Source: an uncultured Candidatus Saccharibacteria bacterium
GTDB taxonomy: Bacteria; Patescibacteriota; Minisyncoccia; UBA6257; 2-01-FULL-56-20
Length of the DNA: 64,000 nt
Direction of reading: 5' to 3'
Assembly (NCBI GenBank): GCA_964361595.1
Contig: CAYIAX010000001.1
Coordinates: forward strand, 98,128-162,127
The notes beneath the pieces are model-generated. The model searched no databases, was not told the DNA's origin, and worked only from the letters and a program-made list of their open reading frames with translations. A program made the translations under genes and the position numbers. This document shows positions 27,036 through 35,722 of this stretch, piece by piece; within the stretch, counting starts at the first letter, position 1; each line of letters starts with the position of its first letter.

Positions 27036-27548
27036 GTGGGAGAGCAAATCAGCCTTGCCAAAGCCAAGCCAAACAAGCTTTTTTATGTGGTCGCGACCGC
27101 AGTAGTTTACCGCGAAGCGGACGGGCGCTGCTTGATCTTACGCCGCAGCGAGCGCGAAACCGTGCATCCCGGCAAATGGTCCGTACCGGGAGGAAAACTC
27201 GAATGGGGCGACTTGGAACTTCGACGCTCGCACGCGGCGAATGATCATCTGGAGTGGGACCCCGGCGTGCTAAAACGGCTCGTGAAGCGCGAGGTTAAGG
27301 AAGAAGCCGGTTTAGAAATAAATGATGAAATCCGGCATATCGACGACCTGGTTTTTATCCGTCCGGACGGTATTCCGGTCATGCTCATGAAATTTGCCGT
27401 GCGCTACAAAAGCGGGGAAGTTAAACTCGAACAAAATGCTTTTACCGATTCCGCCTGGATAAATGAAACTGAACTCGAAAACTACAGCTGCATTGGCGGC
27501 GTGCCGGAGGAAATTAGGGCGGCGATCCGCATTTTCAGCAATGCCTGA
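27036..27548 (+). CDS. NUDIX hydrolase
   Basis: Nudix box GGKLEWGDLELRRSHAANDHLEWDPGVLKRLVKREVKEEAGLE (GX5EX7REUXEEXGU). Confidence 0.8.
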   Translation: MGEQISLAKAKPNKLFYVVATAVVYREADGRCLILRRSERETVHPGKWSVPGGKLEWGDLELRRSHAANDHLEWDPGVLKRLVKREVKEEAGLEINDEIRHIDDLVFIRPDGIPVMLMKFAVRYKSGEVKLEQNAFTDSAWINETELENYSCIGGVPEEIRAAIRIFSNA

Positions 27549-27669
27549 CAATCAAAATTTATACGAAGTGGGGATTACAGCTATTGTCGTTAACAAAGAC
27601 GGCAAGTATTTGATTACGCGGCGCTCGCCGGCCAAAAAAAGATTTCCCGGCAAGTGGACACGCAACTAA
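27541..27669 (+). pseudogene. Truncated NUDIX remnant (42 codons) overlapping the stop of the upstream NUDIX gene
   Basis: MPDNQNLYEVGITAIVVNKDGKYLITRRSPAKKRFPGKWTRN* is a typical Nudix N-terminus that ends before the Nudix box. Confidence 0.5.
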
Positions 27670-27673
27670 AATT

Positions 27674-30001
27674 ATGACTGCTTTCCCCTCGGTTCTAGTT
27701 ATTTTCGGCGCCACTGGTGATTTAGCGAGGCGCAAGCTCATCCCTGCGCTTTATCATTTGCACAGGAAAAAGCTTTTACCGCCGCTTTTCCAGATCGTGG
27801 CTTTCTCGCGCCGAGAACTTACAACCGAAGCGTTCCAGGAAATTGCGCGCGAAGCGGTCAAAAAAATTCCCGAAAGCACTCCCGCGGAGACAGAATCATT
27901 TTTGCGGCTCTTCGTTTACATCCAAGGATTTTTCGACCGGAAAACCGGCTATAAGCACTTGGCCGAATTCCTGGGATTTAAGGATAACGAGTGGCAAAAA
28001 TGCTCGAATAAGCTTTTTTATCTCGCGGTCCCTCCGACCTATTACAAAAAAGTTTTTGCCCAGCTTGCGGCCTCGCGGCTCACTGAACCTTGTCCGCCGG
28101 AAGAAGGCTGGACGCGCGTCGCGGTGGAAAAGCCCTTTGGCAAAGATTTGAAGACCGCCGAAGACCTGGACAAGATGCTGGGGCGGCTCTTTAAGGAAGA
28201 CCAGATCTACCGAATCGATCATTATTTAGGCAAAGAGACGATCCAAAACATCCTCGCATTCCGATTTTCCAACTCATTTCTCGATCCTGCTTGGAACAAT
28301 AAATCCGTTCAAGGCATCCAGGTGAGATTTTTGGAAAAATTGGGGCTTGAGGGCCGCGGGGAATTCTATGACGGCGTGGGCGCTTTGCGTGACGTCGGTC
28401 AAAACCACCTTCTGCAGATGCTAGCCTTAATTACCATGCGCAATCCGGGCGTGTTTGATGCGAATGCGGTGCGTCATGCCCGCGCAGAAATATTAAAAGC
28501 TTTGCGTCCGCTCACGAAGCGAAACGTGAACGCGCAGATCTTGAAGGGGCAGTATCAAGGATTCCGGGCAGAAAAGAATATCTCGACGAATTCGCGGACC
28601 GAAACTTATTTCCGGATCAAAACTTTCATTGATCTACCCGAATGGTCTGGCGTGCCGATCCTGCTTGAAGGCGGGAAAGCGCAGGATGTGAATGCCGTGG
28701 ACATCAGCGTTGTTTTCAGGCATAAAATGCCCTGTCTCTGTGTAGGCAAAAAACATTCGCAGAATATTTTGCGTTATGAAGTCCAGCCGCAGGAGCGCAT
28801 TTCGACCTCATTTTGGGTCAAGCAGCCTGGAACCGAAATGCAGATCGAGGAAAAGGATTTCGCTTTTGATTACAAACAAGCTTTTGCCGGGGCGAATATT
28901 TTTGATGCTTATGAGCGTTTACTCATCGATGCGTTTGCGGGCAATCAGACTCTTTTTGTCAGCACGGAAGAAATTATGGCAAGCTGGAAGTTCGTCGATT
29001 CCGTGGAAACCGCTTGGAAGAATTCGGAACTCTTGGCCTACAAAACAGGTTCAGCCGAAGCGCGCAAGGCCGTTTTCCCGGAGGCTGAAATCGGCAAGAC
29101 GATCGGCATGGTCGGTTTGGGTAAAATGGGCAAAAATCTCGCTTTGCATTTGCGTGAGCAGGGCTGGCAGGTCACGGGTTATGATCCGGCGGCTAAATTA
29201 CCGGAGATAAAAATGGCCAAAAATTTGAGCGAACTTACGCGTTCGTTGCCGCAACCCCGCGTGATTTGGCTGATGTTGCCGGCTGGCGCTGGTACGGAAG
29301 CAGGTAAGTTTAAAGAGACTCCGACTGACGCGGTTTTAAAAGAACTCATTCAGTTTTTGGCAAAAGGCGATATCGTGATCGACGGCGGCAATTCTTTTTA
29401 TGAAACTACCGTGCGCCGGGCGGCATTATTCAAAAAACACGGGATTAATTTCTTGGATGTCGGAGTTTCGGGCGGTCCGCAGGGCGCGCGCGCAGGCGCA
29501 TCCTTGATGATCGGAGGCGATGCAAAAGCGTTTACTGCAGTCGAAGAGCTCTTTCGCGATCTGGCCGTCCCGGGCGGATATGTTCACTTAGGGAAGTCAG
29601 GAGCGGGCCATTTTACGAAAATGGTGCATAATGGAATTGAGTACGGAATGATGCAGGCGATTGCCGAAGGCTTCGCCATTATGAAGCAATCGCCCTTTGA
29701 GCTTGATCTGCGCAAAGTGGCGGATATTTATAACCACGGCAGCGTGATCGAATCCCGATTGATCGGCTGGCTCGAAAAAGCCTTACGCGAGCACGGAGAG
29801 AATCTAGAAAAGGTTTCCGGCACCGTGGGGCACTTGGGCGAAGGCGAATGGACCGTGAAAACCGCCAAGAAACTCAAGGTTCCTGTATCGGCTATTGAGA
29901 CCGCTTTCAAGTTCCGTATGCAATCCAAGCGTAACCCGAGTTATATCGGCAAAATTCTTTCGGCCTTGCGGAACCAGTTCGGCGGACACAGCGTTAATTA
30001 A
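27674..30001 (+). CDS. zwf-gnd: Fused glucose-6-phosphate 1-dehydrogenase (Zwf, ~470 aa) and short-form 6-phosphogluconate dehydrogenase (Gnd-like, ~300 aa)
   Basis: N-terminus has VIFGATGDLARRKL, RIDHYLGKE and the Zwf C-terminal YKTGSA(E)... pattern. The C-terminus has IGMVGLGKMGKNLA (Rossmann fold), GGNSFY and VHNGIEYGMMQAIAEGF (6PGDH). A single continuous ORF of 775 aa. Confidence 0.85.
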   Translation: MTAFPSVLVIFGATGDLARRKLIPALYHLHRKKLLPPLFQIVAFSRRELTTEAFQEIAREAVKKIPESTPAETESFLRLFVYIQGFFDRKTGYKHLAEFLGFKDNEWQKCSNKLFYLAVPPTYYKKVFAQLAASRLTEPCPPEEGWTRVAVEKPFGKDLKTAEDLDKMLGRLFKEDQIYRIDHYLGKETIQNILAFRFSNSFLDPAWNNKSVQGIQVRFLEKLGLEGRGEFYDGVGALRDVGQNHLLQMLALITMRNPGVFDANAVRHARAEILKALRPLTKRNVNAQILKGQYQGFRAEKNISTNSRTETYFRIKTFIDLPEWSGVPILLEGGKAQDVNAVDISVVFRHKMPCLCVGKKHSQNILRYEVQPQERISTSFWVKQPGTEMQIEEKDFAFDYKQAFAGANIFDAYERLLIDAFAGNQTLFVSTEEIMASWKFVDSVETAWKNSELLAYKTGSAEARKAVFPEAEIGKTIGMVGLGKMGKNLALHLREQGWQVTGYDPAAKLPEIKMAKNLSELTRSLPQPRVIWLMLPAGAGTEAGKFKETPTDAVLKELIQFLAKGDIVIDGGNSFYETTVRRAALFKKHGINFLDVGVSGGPQGARAGASLMIGGDAKAFTAVEELFRDLAVPGGYVHLGKSGAGHFTKMVHNGIEYGMMQAIAEGFAIMKQSPFELDLRKVADIYNHGSVIESRLIGWLEKALREHGENLEKVSGTVGHLGEGEWTVKTAKKLKVPVSAIETAFKFRMQSKRNPSYIGKILSALRNQFGGHSVN

Positions 30002-30154
30002 TCTAAAAACCGAAGCACGAAGCACGAAGCACGAAATTCGAAACAAATTTAAAATGAAAAAAGCAAATAAAAAAATTAAAAAAATTCCGGATTTCCTAGC
30101 CTCGACTTGCCGTCGAGGCGAGACGGGCGATATTCGGATTTCGAATTTCTGCTT

Positions 30155-31123
30155 ATGATGCGCGACGCGATCAAAAATTTTAATAAGCAGTTTGCGTTCG
30201 AGCCGGTGATTGAATTTCCAAATAAGTTCAGCGTGGCCGAAGGTTTCGTAGTCGTCGGCATGGGCGGTTCGCATTTGGCCGCCGACCTTTTGAAAATTTG
30301 GCAACCCGATCTTGATCTTTATATACATTCCGATTACGGTCTGCCGCCGCTCCCTGCACAAAGGCTGCGGCACAGCTTAATTATTTTAAGTTCATATTCG
30401 GGGAATACAGAAGAGGTGCTCGACGCTTACGAACAAGGTTTGCAGGCCAAGCTTAATCTGCTTGTGATCGCCGCGGGCGGCAAGTTGATCACAAAAGCTA
30501 AGGCCGACGGCGTGTCGCACATCCTTTTGCCCGCGACCGGTATTCAGCCGCGTTCGGCTTTGGGCTACAGCCTTCGCGCCTTTCTCCTTGCTTTAGGCGA
30601 AGAAGGCGCGCTAAAAGAAACTCGCGAGCTCGAAAAAACCTTAAAGCCGGAAGCATTTGAATCTGCCGGCAAGGAATTAGCCGTGCGGCTCAAAGGGTTT
30701 GTGCCGGTAATTTATGCTTCGAGTAAAAACGGGCCGCTTGCTTACAACTGGAAAATCAAATTCAACGAAACCGGTAAAATTCCTGCCTTCTTTAACCTCG
30801 TACCCGAACTCAATCACAACGAAATGACGGGATTTGACGTCAAGGACAGTACGCGCGAGCTTTCGCGTCAGTTCAAGTTTTTATTACTCAAGGACGTAGA
30901 AGATGAGGAGAAAAACCAAAAGCGAATGGAGATTTTGGAGAGTTTATACCGCGCCCGCGGCCTTTCCGTGGAAGCGATCCAGATGAAAGGTAGAAATATT
31001 TTTGAAAAAATGTTCAATTCACTTCTCTTGGCGGATTGGACGGCATTGCACATCGCAGAACAGTACGGCTTAGAGGCAGAACAGGTGCCGATGGTGGAAG
31101 AGTTTAAAAAACTAATCGCTTAA
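30155..31123 (+). CDS. Bifunctional phosphoglucose/phosphomannose isomerase (SIS domain, archaeal-type PGI/PMI)
   Basis: SIS motifs VVGMGGSHLAADLL and ILSSYSGNTEE. The start is set at the ATGATG that overlaps the stop of an upstream 34-codon ORF. Confidence 0.7.
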   Translation: MMRDAIKNFNKQFAFEPVIEFPNKFSVAEGFVVVGMGGSHLAADLLKIWQPDLDLYIHSDYGLPPLPAQRLRHSLIILSSYSGNTEEVLDAYEQGLQAKLNLLVIAAGGKLITKAKADGVSHILLPATGIQPRSALGYSLRAFLLALGEEGALKETRELEKTLKPEAFESAGKELAVRLKGFVPVIYASSKNGPLAYNWKIKFNETGKIPAFFNLVPELNHNEMTGFDVKDSTRELSRQFKFLLLKDVEDEEKNQKRMEILESLYRARGLSVEAIQMKGRNIFEKMFNSLLLADWTALHIAEQYGLEAEQVPMVEEFKKLIA

Positions 31124-31143
31124 GGCAGATTTAAAAGCCTCCG

Positions 31144-31596
31144 CTAACTTACGCGGAGGCCATAAATCTGGATTTTTTTGACTCGCCTGCGGGCGGCGGC
31201 CGCTAGGGCCTGCCGGCGCACTACCGAATCGCACTTTAGATTTCCGCAAAGCAAGCGTTCGTGGCAAAGGATCGTCTGCGCGATCAAAACCGCCTGGCGG
31301 TAGAGTTTCGCTTCGGGATAAATGGCGACCGGCGAGGTAACTCCATACTCCGGATTCACCATTCTGATTAATTCCACCCTAAACGGCTTGATGAGTATTC
31401 GGAACGCTGCCTTGCGATGGCAACTACGATGGCTACAATTCTTCTTACTTTTACTTGAATCGTAGTTGTACGTTACCCGTAAGCGCTGGTTGAGCCAGCT
31501 GAACTCCACAAATCGCTTAATTTGAAACAAGCTTCCTCCTGCTGATTTGATTTTGCGGCTCGGCGGGCAGCCAGTCAATGTGGAAAAGTTTTCCAA
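31144..31596 (-). CDS. Hypothetical protein (possibly a distant four-helix-bundle, 23S rRNA IVS-like protein)
   Basis: 150 aa. EYGVTS...YRQAVLIAQTI weakly resembles the PF05635 family. Low confidence. Confidence 0.3.
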   Translation of the reverse strand: MENFSTLTGCPPSRKIKSAGGSLFQIKRFVEFSWLNQRLRVTYNYDSSKSKKNCSHRSCHRKAAFRILIKPFRVELIRMVNPEYGVTSPVAIYPEAKLYRQAVLIAQTILCHERLLCGNLKCDSVVRRQALAAAARRRVKKIQIYGLRVS

Positions 31597-31617
31597 CTGG
31601 CGGAGTATAATTAGAAT

Positions 31618-32232
31618 ATGCCTGAATTTTTCGACGTTTCACTGGCGCTTTCGCCCCGCACAGTTGTCTATCCTGGCAATCCCAAAGTGCGGTTCAAGCC
31701 ACTTAAGAGCAAGACCTCTTACCTAACGGAGATTACGCTCGGATCGCACACCGGCACGCATGTGGACGCGCCGCGGCACGTTTTTAAAAACGGAACGGGT
31801 ATTACCGGATTAAACCTCGGCAAATTTTTTGGACCGTGCCGCGTGCTCGATTTAACCAAATCTAAACAAAGCATTTTAAAAACTGATCTCGAAAAACTCC
31901 AGATCAAACCTGGCGAACGGATACTCGCTAAAACCAGAAATTCTCTGCGCGGTTTCAAAAAATTTTACAGCGATTATATTTATTTGGACGGCGAGGCGGC
32001 AAAGTGGCTCGCAAGCCAGCGGATCGCCTTGTTCGGCATTGATTATTTATCCGTAAAACAGCGAGGGAGTGAAGATGTGCGTCCGCATACAGAACTTTTA
32101 CGAAAGGGGATTCCCATCGTGGAAGGCTTGGACTTGAGTAAAATCAAAGCTGGCAAATACACTTTCGTGGGCTTGCCGCTCAAGTTTGTTGGCCTCGACG
32201 GCGCACCGATCCGCGCTGCGCTTATTGGTTAA
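31618..32232 (+). CDS. Cyclase-family protein (kynurenine formamidase/arylformamidase-like)
   Basis: HTGTHVDAPRH motif. Confidence 0.75.
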   Translation: MPEFFDVSLALSPRTVVYPGNPKVRFKPLKSKTSYLTEITLGSHTGTHVDAPRHVFKNGTGITGLNLGKFFGPCRVLDLTKSKQSILKTDLEKLQIKPGERILAKTRNSLRGFKKFYSDYIYLDGEAAKWLASQRIALFGIDYLSVKQRGSEDVRPHTELLRKGIPIVEGLDLSKIKAGKYTFVGLPLKFVGLDGAPIRAALIG

Positions 32233-32270
32233 GAGTTAGCATCAAAAAAACGTTTGTTATACTAAATCCC

Positions 32271-32591
32271 ATGACTATTGACGAATTTCGCGCAGTCGAT
32301 TTGCGCGTGGCCACAATCCTTGAAGCCAGCCGCGTGGAGGGTTCGGATAAACTTGTGGCCTTGAAAATCACGGTCGGCGAGACGGAGCGCGAGCTTCTGG
32401 CCGGCATCGGCAAGGCCTATGAGCCGGGCGAGTTAATCGGCAAGCAAATCGTCGTCGTTTACAACCTTGACCCTAGAATAATGATGGGCCGGGAAAGCCA
32501 AGGGATGCTTCTGGCCGCTTCCGGGCCCGACGGCAAGCCAGTTCTACTTGTGCCCGAAAAAGAAGTCGAACCAGGAACACGCATAAATTAA
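32271..32591 (+). CDS. tRNA-binding protein of the CsaA/Trbp111 family (Myf domain)
   Basis: 106 aa. VDLRVATILEASRVEGSDKL...ESQGMLLAA is the OB-fold tRNA-binding domain. Confidence 0.75.
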   Translation: MTIDEFRAVDLRVATILEASRVEGSDKLVALKITVGETERELLAGIGKAYEPGELIGKQIVVVYNLDPRIMMGRESQGMLLAASGPDGKPVLLVPEKEVEPGTRIN

Positions 32592-32629
32592 ATTCGAAGC
32601 ACGAAGCACGAAATCCGAAACAAATTCGA

Positions 32630-32983
32630 ATGACAGAAGTTCATAAAAAATACGACCTGGAAAAACGAACTTTTGAGTTCGCAAAAAGAGTTAGGGATTT
32701 TGTAAGTAAACTTCCGAGGACCGTATCTGCTATCGAGGACTGTAAGCAGCTTGTGCGTTCATCTGGTTCTGTCGGTGCAAATTATATTGAGGCCAATGAA
32801 TCTTTGAGTAAAAAAGATTTTTTACTCCGAATTAAAATTTGCCGAAAAGAAGCCAAGGAAAGTAAATATTGGCTTGAACTTCTTAATGTCGACAAGAATT
32901 TACTAGCTGAACACAGCTATTTAATAAAAGAAGCAACTGAACTAATGATGATTTTCAGTGCTATTATGAGGAAGTCGCAATAA
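32630..32983 (+). CDS. Four-helix-bundle protein (23S rRNA intervening-sequence protein family)
   Basis: 117 aa. ...FEFAKRVRDFVSKLP...VRSSGSVGANYIEANES.SKKDFLLRIKICRKEAKESKYWLELL matches TIGR02436/PF05635. Confidence 0.75.
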   Translation: MTEVHKKYDLEKRTFEFAKRVRDFVSKLPRTVSAIEDCKQLVRSSGSVGANYIEANESLSKKDFLLRIKICRKEAKESKYWLELLNVDKNLLAEHSYLIKEATELMMIFSAIMRKSQ

Positions 32984-33024
32984 GTTTCGGATTTCGATAT
33001 TCGAATTTCGAATTTAAGAAAACT

Positions 33025-33552
33025 ATGGATATCTTCGCGCACGGACTCTGGACAAATGCAATTTTTGAGTCGGTTGCCCGGGTAAAGCAAAAAACTCGAT
33101 CCCGGCGTGAAATTTGGCTGGCAATTTTATTTGGCGTTGCGCCTGATATTTTTGCTTTTGGCAGTTTATTAATAACCAATATTGTTACAGGATTTGGAAA
33201 CTATATGTTAATTCCCAGCTATGTTTACGGTCTTTACAACTTCTCTCATAGTTTGCTGATTTTTATATCGGTTTTCATAATTGTTGGGGCTATACGCGGA
33301 CGTCCGTATTGGCTGCTTTCCGCTTGGGGATTACATATTTTAATAGATTTGTATAGTCATTCGAGATCTTTTTTTGCCACTCCATTCTTATTTCCCTTAT
33401 CGTCTTTTACGGTAAGCGGCATAAGCTGGGATACGCCGATATTTTTCGCACTGAACTACATCGCTTTAGCGGTTGTTTACTTGTGGCTATATGCTTGGCG
33501 GAAATCAAAAGTTGCTCAAAATGAAAATCACCACTATACTGGACATCAATGA
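33025..33552 (+). CDS. Hypothetical integral membrane protein
   Basis: 175 aa, 5-6 hydrophobic helices. Confidence 0.45.
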   Translation: MDIFAHGLWTNAIFESVARVKQKTRSRREIWLAILFGVAPDIFAFGSLLITNIVTGFGNYMLIPSYVYGLYNFSHSLLIFISVFIIVGAIRGRPYWLLSAWGLHILIDLYSHSRSFFATPFLFPLSSFTVSGISWDTPIFFALNYIALAVVYLWLYAWRKSKVAQNENHHYTGHQ

Positions 33553-34019
33553 AGGTAATTAAAATCGCGGTCTTCATAATCATTGCCAGTTTACTTTTAG
33601 GCGGAGGTTTATTCTTGAACTCCGGCTTGGAACAAAGGGCGATCAGCAAAGGTGAAGAAGAACAAAAACAAATGGCAGAAACAGAGGCAGCCTTAATGGC
33701 AAAACTCATTCGCGAGGACGTGCAAGTCGGCACTGGCGCCGAAGCGAAAAAAGGCGACACCTTAGTCGTAAATTATGTCGGCACGCTCATGGATGGAACT
33801 AAATTCGACAGTTCCTACGATCGCCGTGAGCCTTTTGAATTTGTGGTTGGCGAGGGCGGCGTGATCCAGGGTTGGGATCTGGGGCTTTTAGGGATGAAAG
33901 TTGGCGGCAAGCGCAACCTTACAATTCCTCCTGAATTTGGTTATGGCGGCCGCGCCGTCGGGCCAATTCCCGAAAACTCGACACTTAAATTTGCGATTGA
34001 ACTTTTAGAAATTAAGTAA
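33549..34019 (+). CDS. FKBP-type peptidyl-prolyl cis-trans isomerase (secreted or anchored)
   Basis: FKBP domain (GD.L.V.Y.G.L.DGT.FDSS......F.F..G.G.VI.GWD.G..GMKVGG.R.L.IPP..GYG) after an N-terminal TM or signal segment. Confidence 0.85.
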   Translation: MKVIKIAVFIIIASLLLGGGLFLNSGLEQRAISKGEEEQKQMAETEAALMAKLIREDVQVGTGAEAKKGDTLVVNYVGTLMDGTKFDSSYDRREPFEFVVGEGGVIQGWDLGLLGMKVGGKRNLTIPPEFGYGGRAVGPIPENSTLKFAIELLEIK

Positions 34020-34132
34020 AAAACTTCTCACTCCCATCATGCTACAATTGTAGTATAACGGGAGTGAAGTGAGAGCGAGATGAAAGCTTATGGGAAATCG
34101 AGTAATAAATCGGCCGGCTTAGCTGCGATTGC

Positions 34133-35440
34133 ATGTTTGAGATTTTGAAGCAAGATCGAAATTCGCGCGCTCGCTTGGGGTTGTTAAAAACCGAGCATGG
34201 GGTTGTTGAAACTCCAGCTTATGTGATCGTGGGGACGCATGGGGCGGTCCGCTGTTTGGAGCCGGAAGATTTGCCGGCGACAAAAACCCAGCTTATCATC
34301 GCGAACACCTACCATCTTTGGCGCTTGCTGGGCGAGGAAGCTTTGAACGAATTTACCGGTCTGCATGATTTTATGCAGTGGCAAGGGCCGTTAATGACCG
34401 ATTCGGGGGGATTTCAGGTTTTCAGCTTGGGATTTTTGCGCGAAGCCGGCATGCGAAGAGGAAATCAAAAACCAATCCGCCAGCTGGCCCCGGACGTCAC
34501 GTCGGGGCTGAAGGACAAAAATCAAGATGAACAGGCTGGTTCTGATCGGCTCATTCGCGCGAATGAGAGAATGGAAGAAAATAATAGTGAGAATAGTCAA
34601 TTTTCAGACAATGGGGCTAATCTGGTGCGCATTACGGAAGCAGGCGTTTATTTTTTGCCCGACGGAGAAGGAGAAAAAGCGCAGTATTTGGATGCTGAAC
34701 TTTCGATAAAAATCCAGGCGCAGCTCGGCGCTGACATCATCGTCGCCTTTGATGAGCCGACTTCGCCAGCGGCGGATTACGTATACACCGCCTCGGCTCT
34801 GGGGCGCACGCATGCCTGGGCCCTCCGCTCACTCGCTGCGAAAACAAGCGCGCAGCTCATCTGGGGCGTGGTGCAAGGAGGTGCTTTCGCGGATCTGCGC
34901 AAGCAGAGTGCGGAAACAATAGGCAAAATGCCCTTTGACGGTTTTGCAATTGGCAGCACTTACGGAGATGCGTACGGCGGCACCAAAGCGCAAACGCTCG
35001 CAATGCTCCGTGCCTCTATGCCTTATCTCCTGGCGGGTAAACCACGGCACCTTTTCGGCGTGGGGAGAATCGAGGATATTCTGGCGGGAGTGGAAGAAGG
35101 CATTGATACTTTCGATTGCGTAATTCCGACGCGCGAGGCGCGGCACGGCGGGATTTGGACTGAAGCAGGCCGTTTAGATATTCTAAAGGGAAAATTTTTA
35201 CAGGATTCAGGCCCGCTCGCGCCTGATTGCGGCTGCTTTGCTTGCGCGGAGCAGGGCATAACACGGCAGGATCTCCACAGTATGTTTAAGCTTAAAAATC
35301 CAGAAGCTGGCCGCCTGGCCACGATCCACAATGTTTATTTTTTCAACGATTTCATGGAAAAACTGCGTTTAGCGATTAAGTTAGGCCAGTTTAAAGAATT
35401 TAAACAGGAAGCTGAAAAAAAACTGGTTAAATCCGTTTAA
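34133..35440 (+). CDS. tgt: Queuine tRNA-ribosyltransferase (Tgt) with a ~70-aa insertion
   Basis: LLKTEHGVVETPAYV and LMTDSGGFQVFSL (catalytic Asp). Zn-binding residues fall in CGCFACAEQG...H. An inserted segment after the catalytic motif is rich in N, E and S. Confidence 0.9.
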   Translation: MFEILKQDRNSRARLGLLKTEHGVVETPAYVIVGTHGAVRCLEPEDLPATKTQLIIANTYHLWRLLGEEALNEFTGLHDFMQWQGPLMTDSGGFQVFSLGFLREAGMRRGNQKPIRQLAPDVTSGLKDKNQDEQAGSDRLIRANERMEENNSENSQFSDNGANLVRITEAGVYFLPDGEGEKAQYLDAELSIKIQAQLGADIIVAFDEPTSPAADYVYTASALGRTHAWALRSLAAKTSAQLIWGVVQGGAFADLRKQSAETIGKMPFDGFAIGSTYGDAYGGTKAQTLAMLRASMPYLLAGKPRHLFGVGRIEDILAGVEEGIDTFDCVIPTREARHGGIWTEAGRLDILKGKFLQDSGPLAPDCGCFACAEQGITRQDLHSMFKLKNPEAGRLATIHNVYFFNDFMEKLRLAIKLGQFKEFKQEAEKKLVKSV

Positions 35441-35722
35441 TGTCGACTATGTAAATTCGTATATTCGTAATAATTCGTATTTCGTAGATTAAAGAAAACC
35501 CGCCCGAGGAAAAGAGGGGCGGGATGATGCGTCCAGACTATCCAAGTCTGGAGCGGGCGCGGAACATCCGCATGCAAATCCGGAAGGGTAAGATGTACTT
35601 ATAGAGTGCGTGGAGCCGCAGGGTGACCACGGCGCCGCGCGGGTAGACCTTTCGCTCGTTTTTCGTAGCAGTCTCCTTCCAGGAGTTTCTATAAATAGCG
35701 TATCACGTTGTAGAATAACGTC

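Noticed and set aside
30011-30040. Tandem GAAGCAC heptamers as a possible CRISPR-like array
   Set aside because: There are only 2-3 short 7-nt units with no spacers and no cas genes. They are part of the recurrent leader element, not a CRISPR array.
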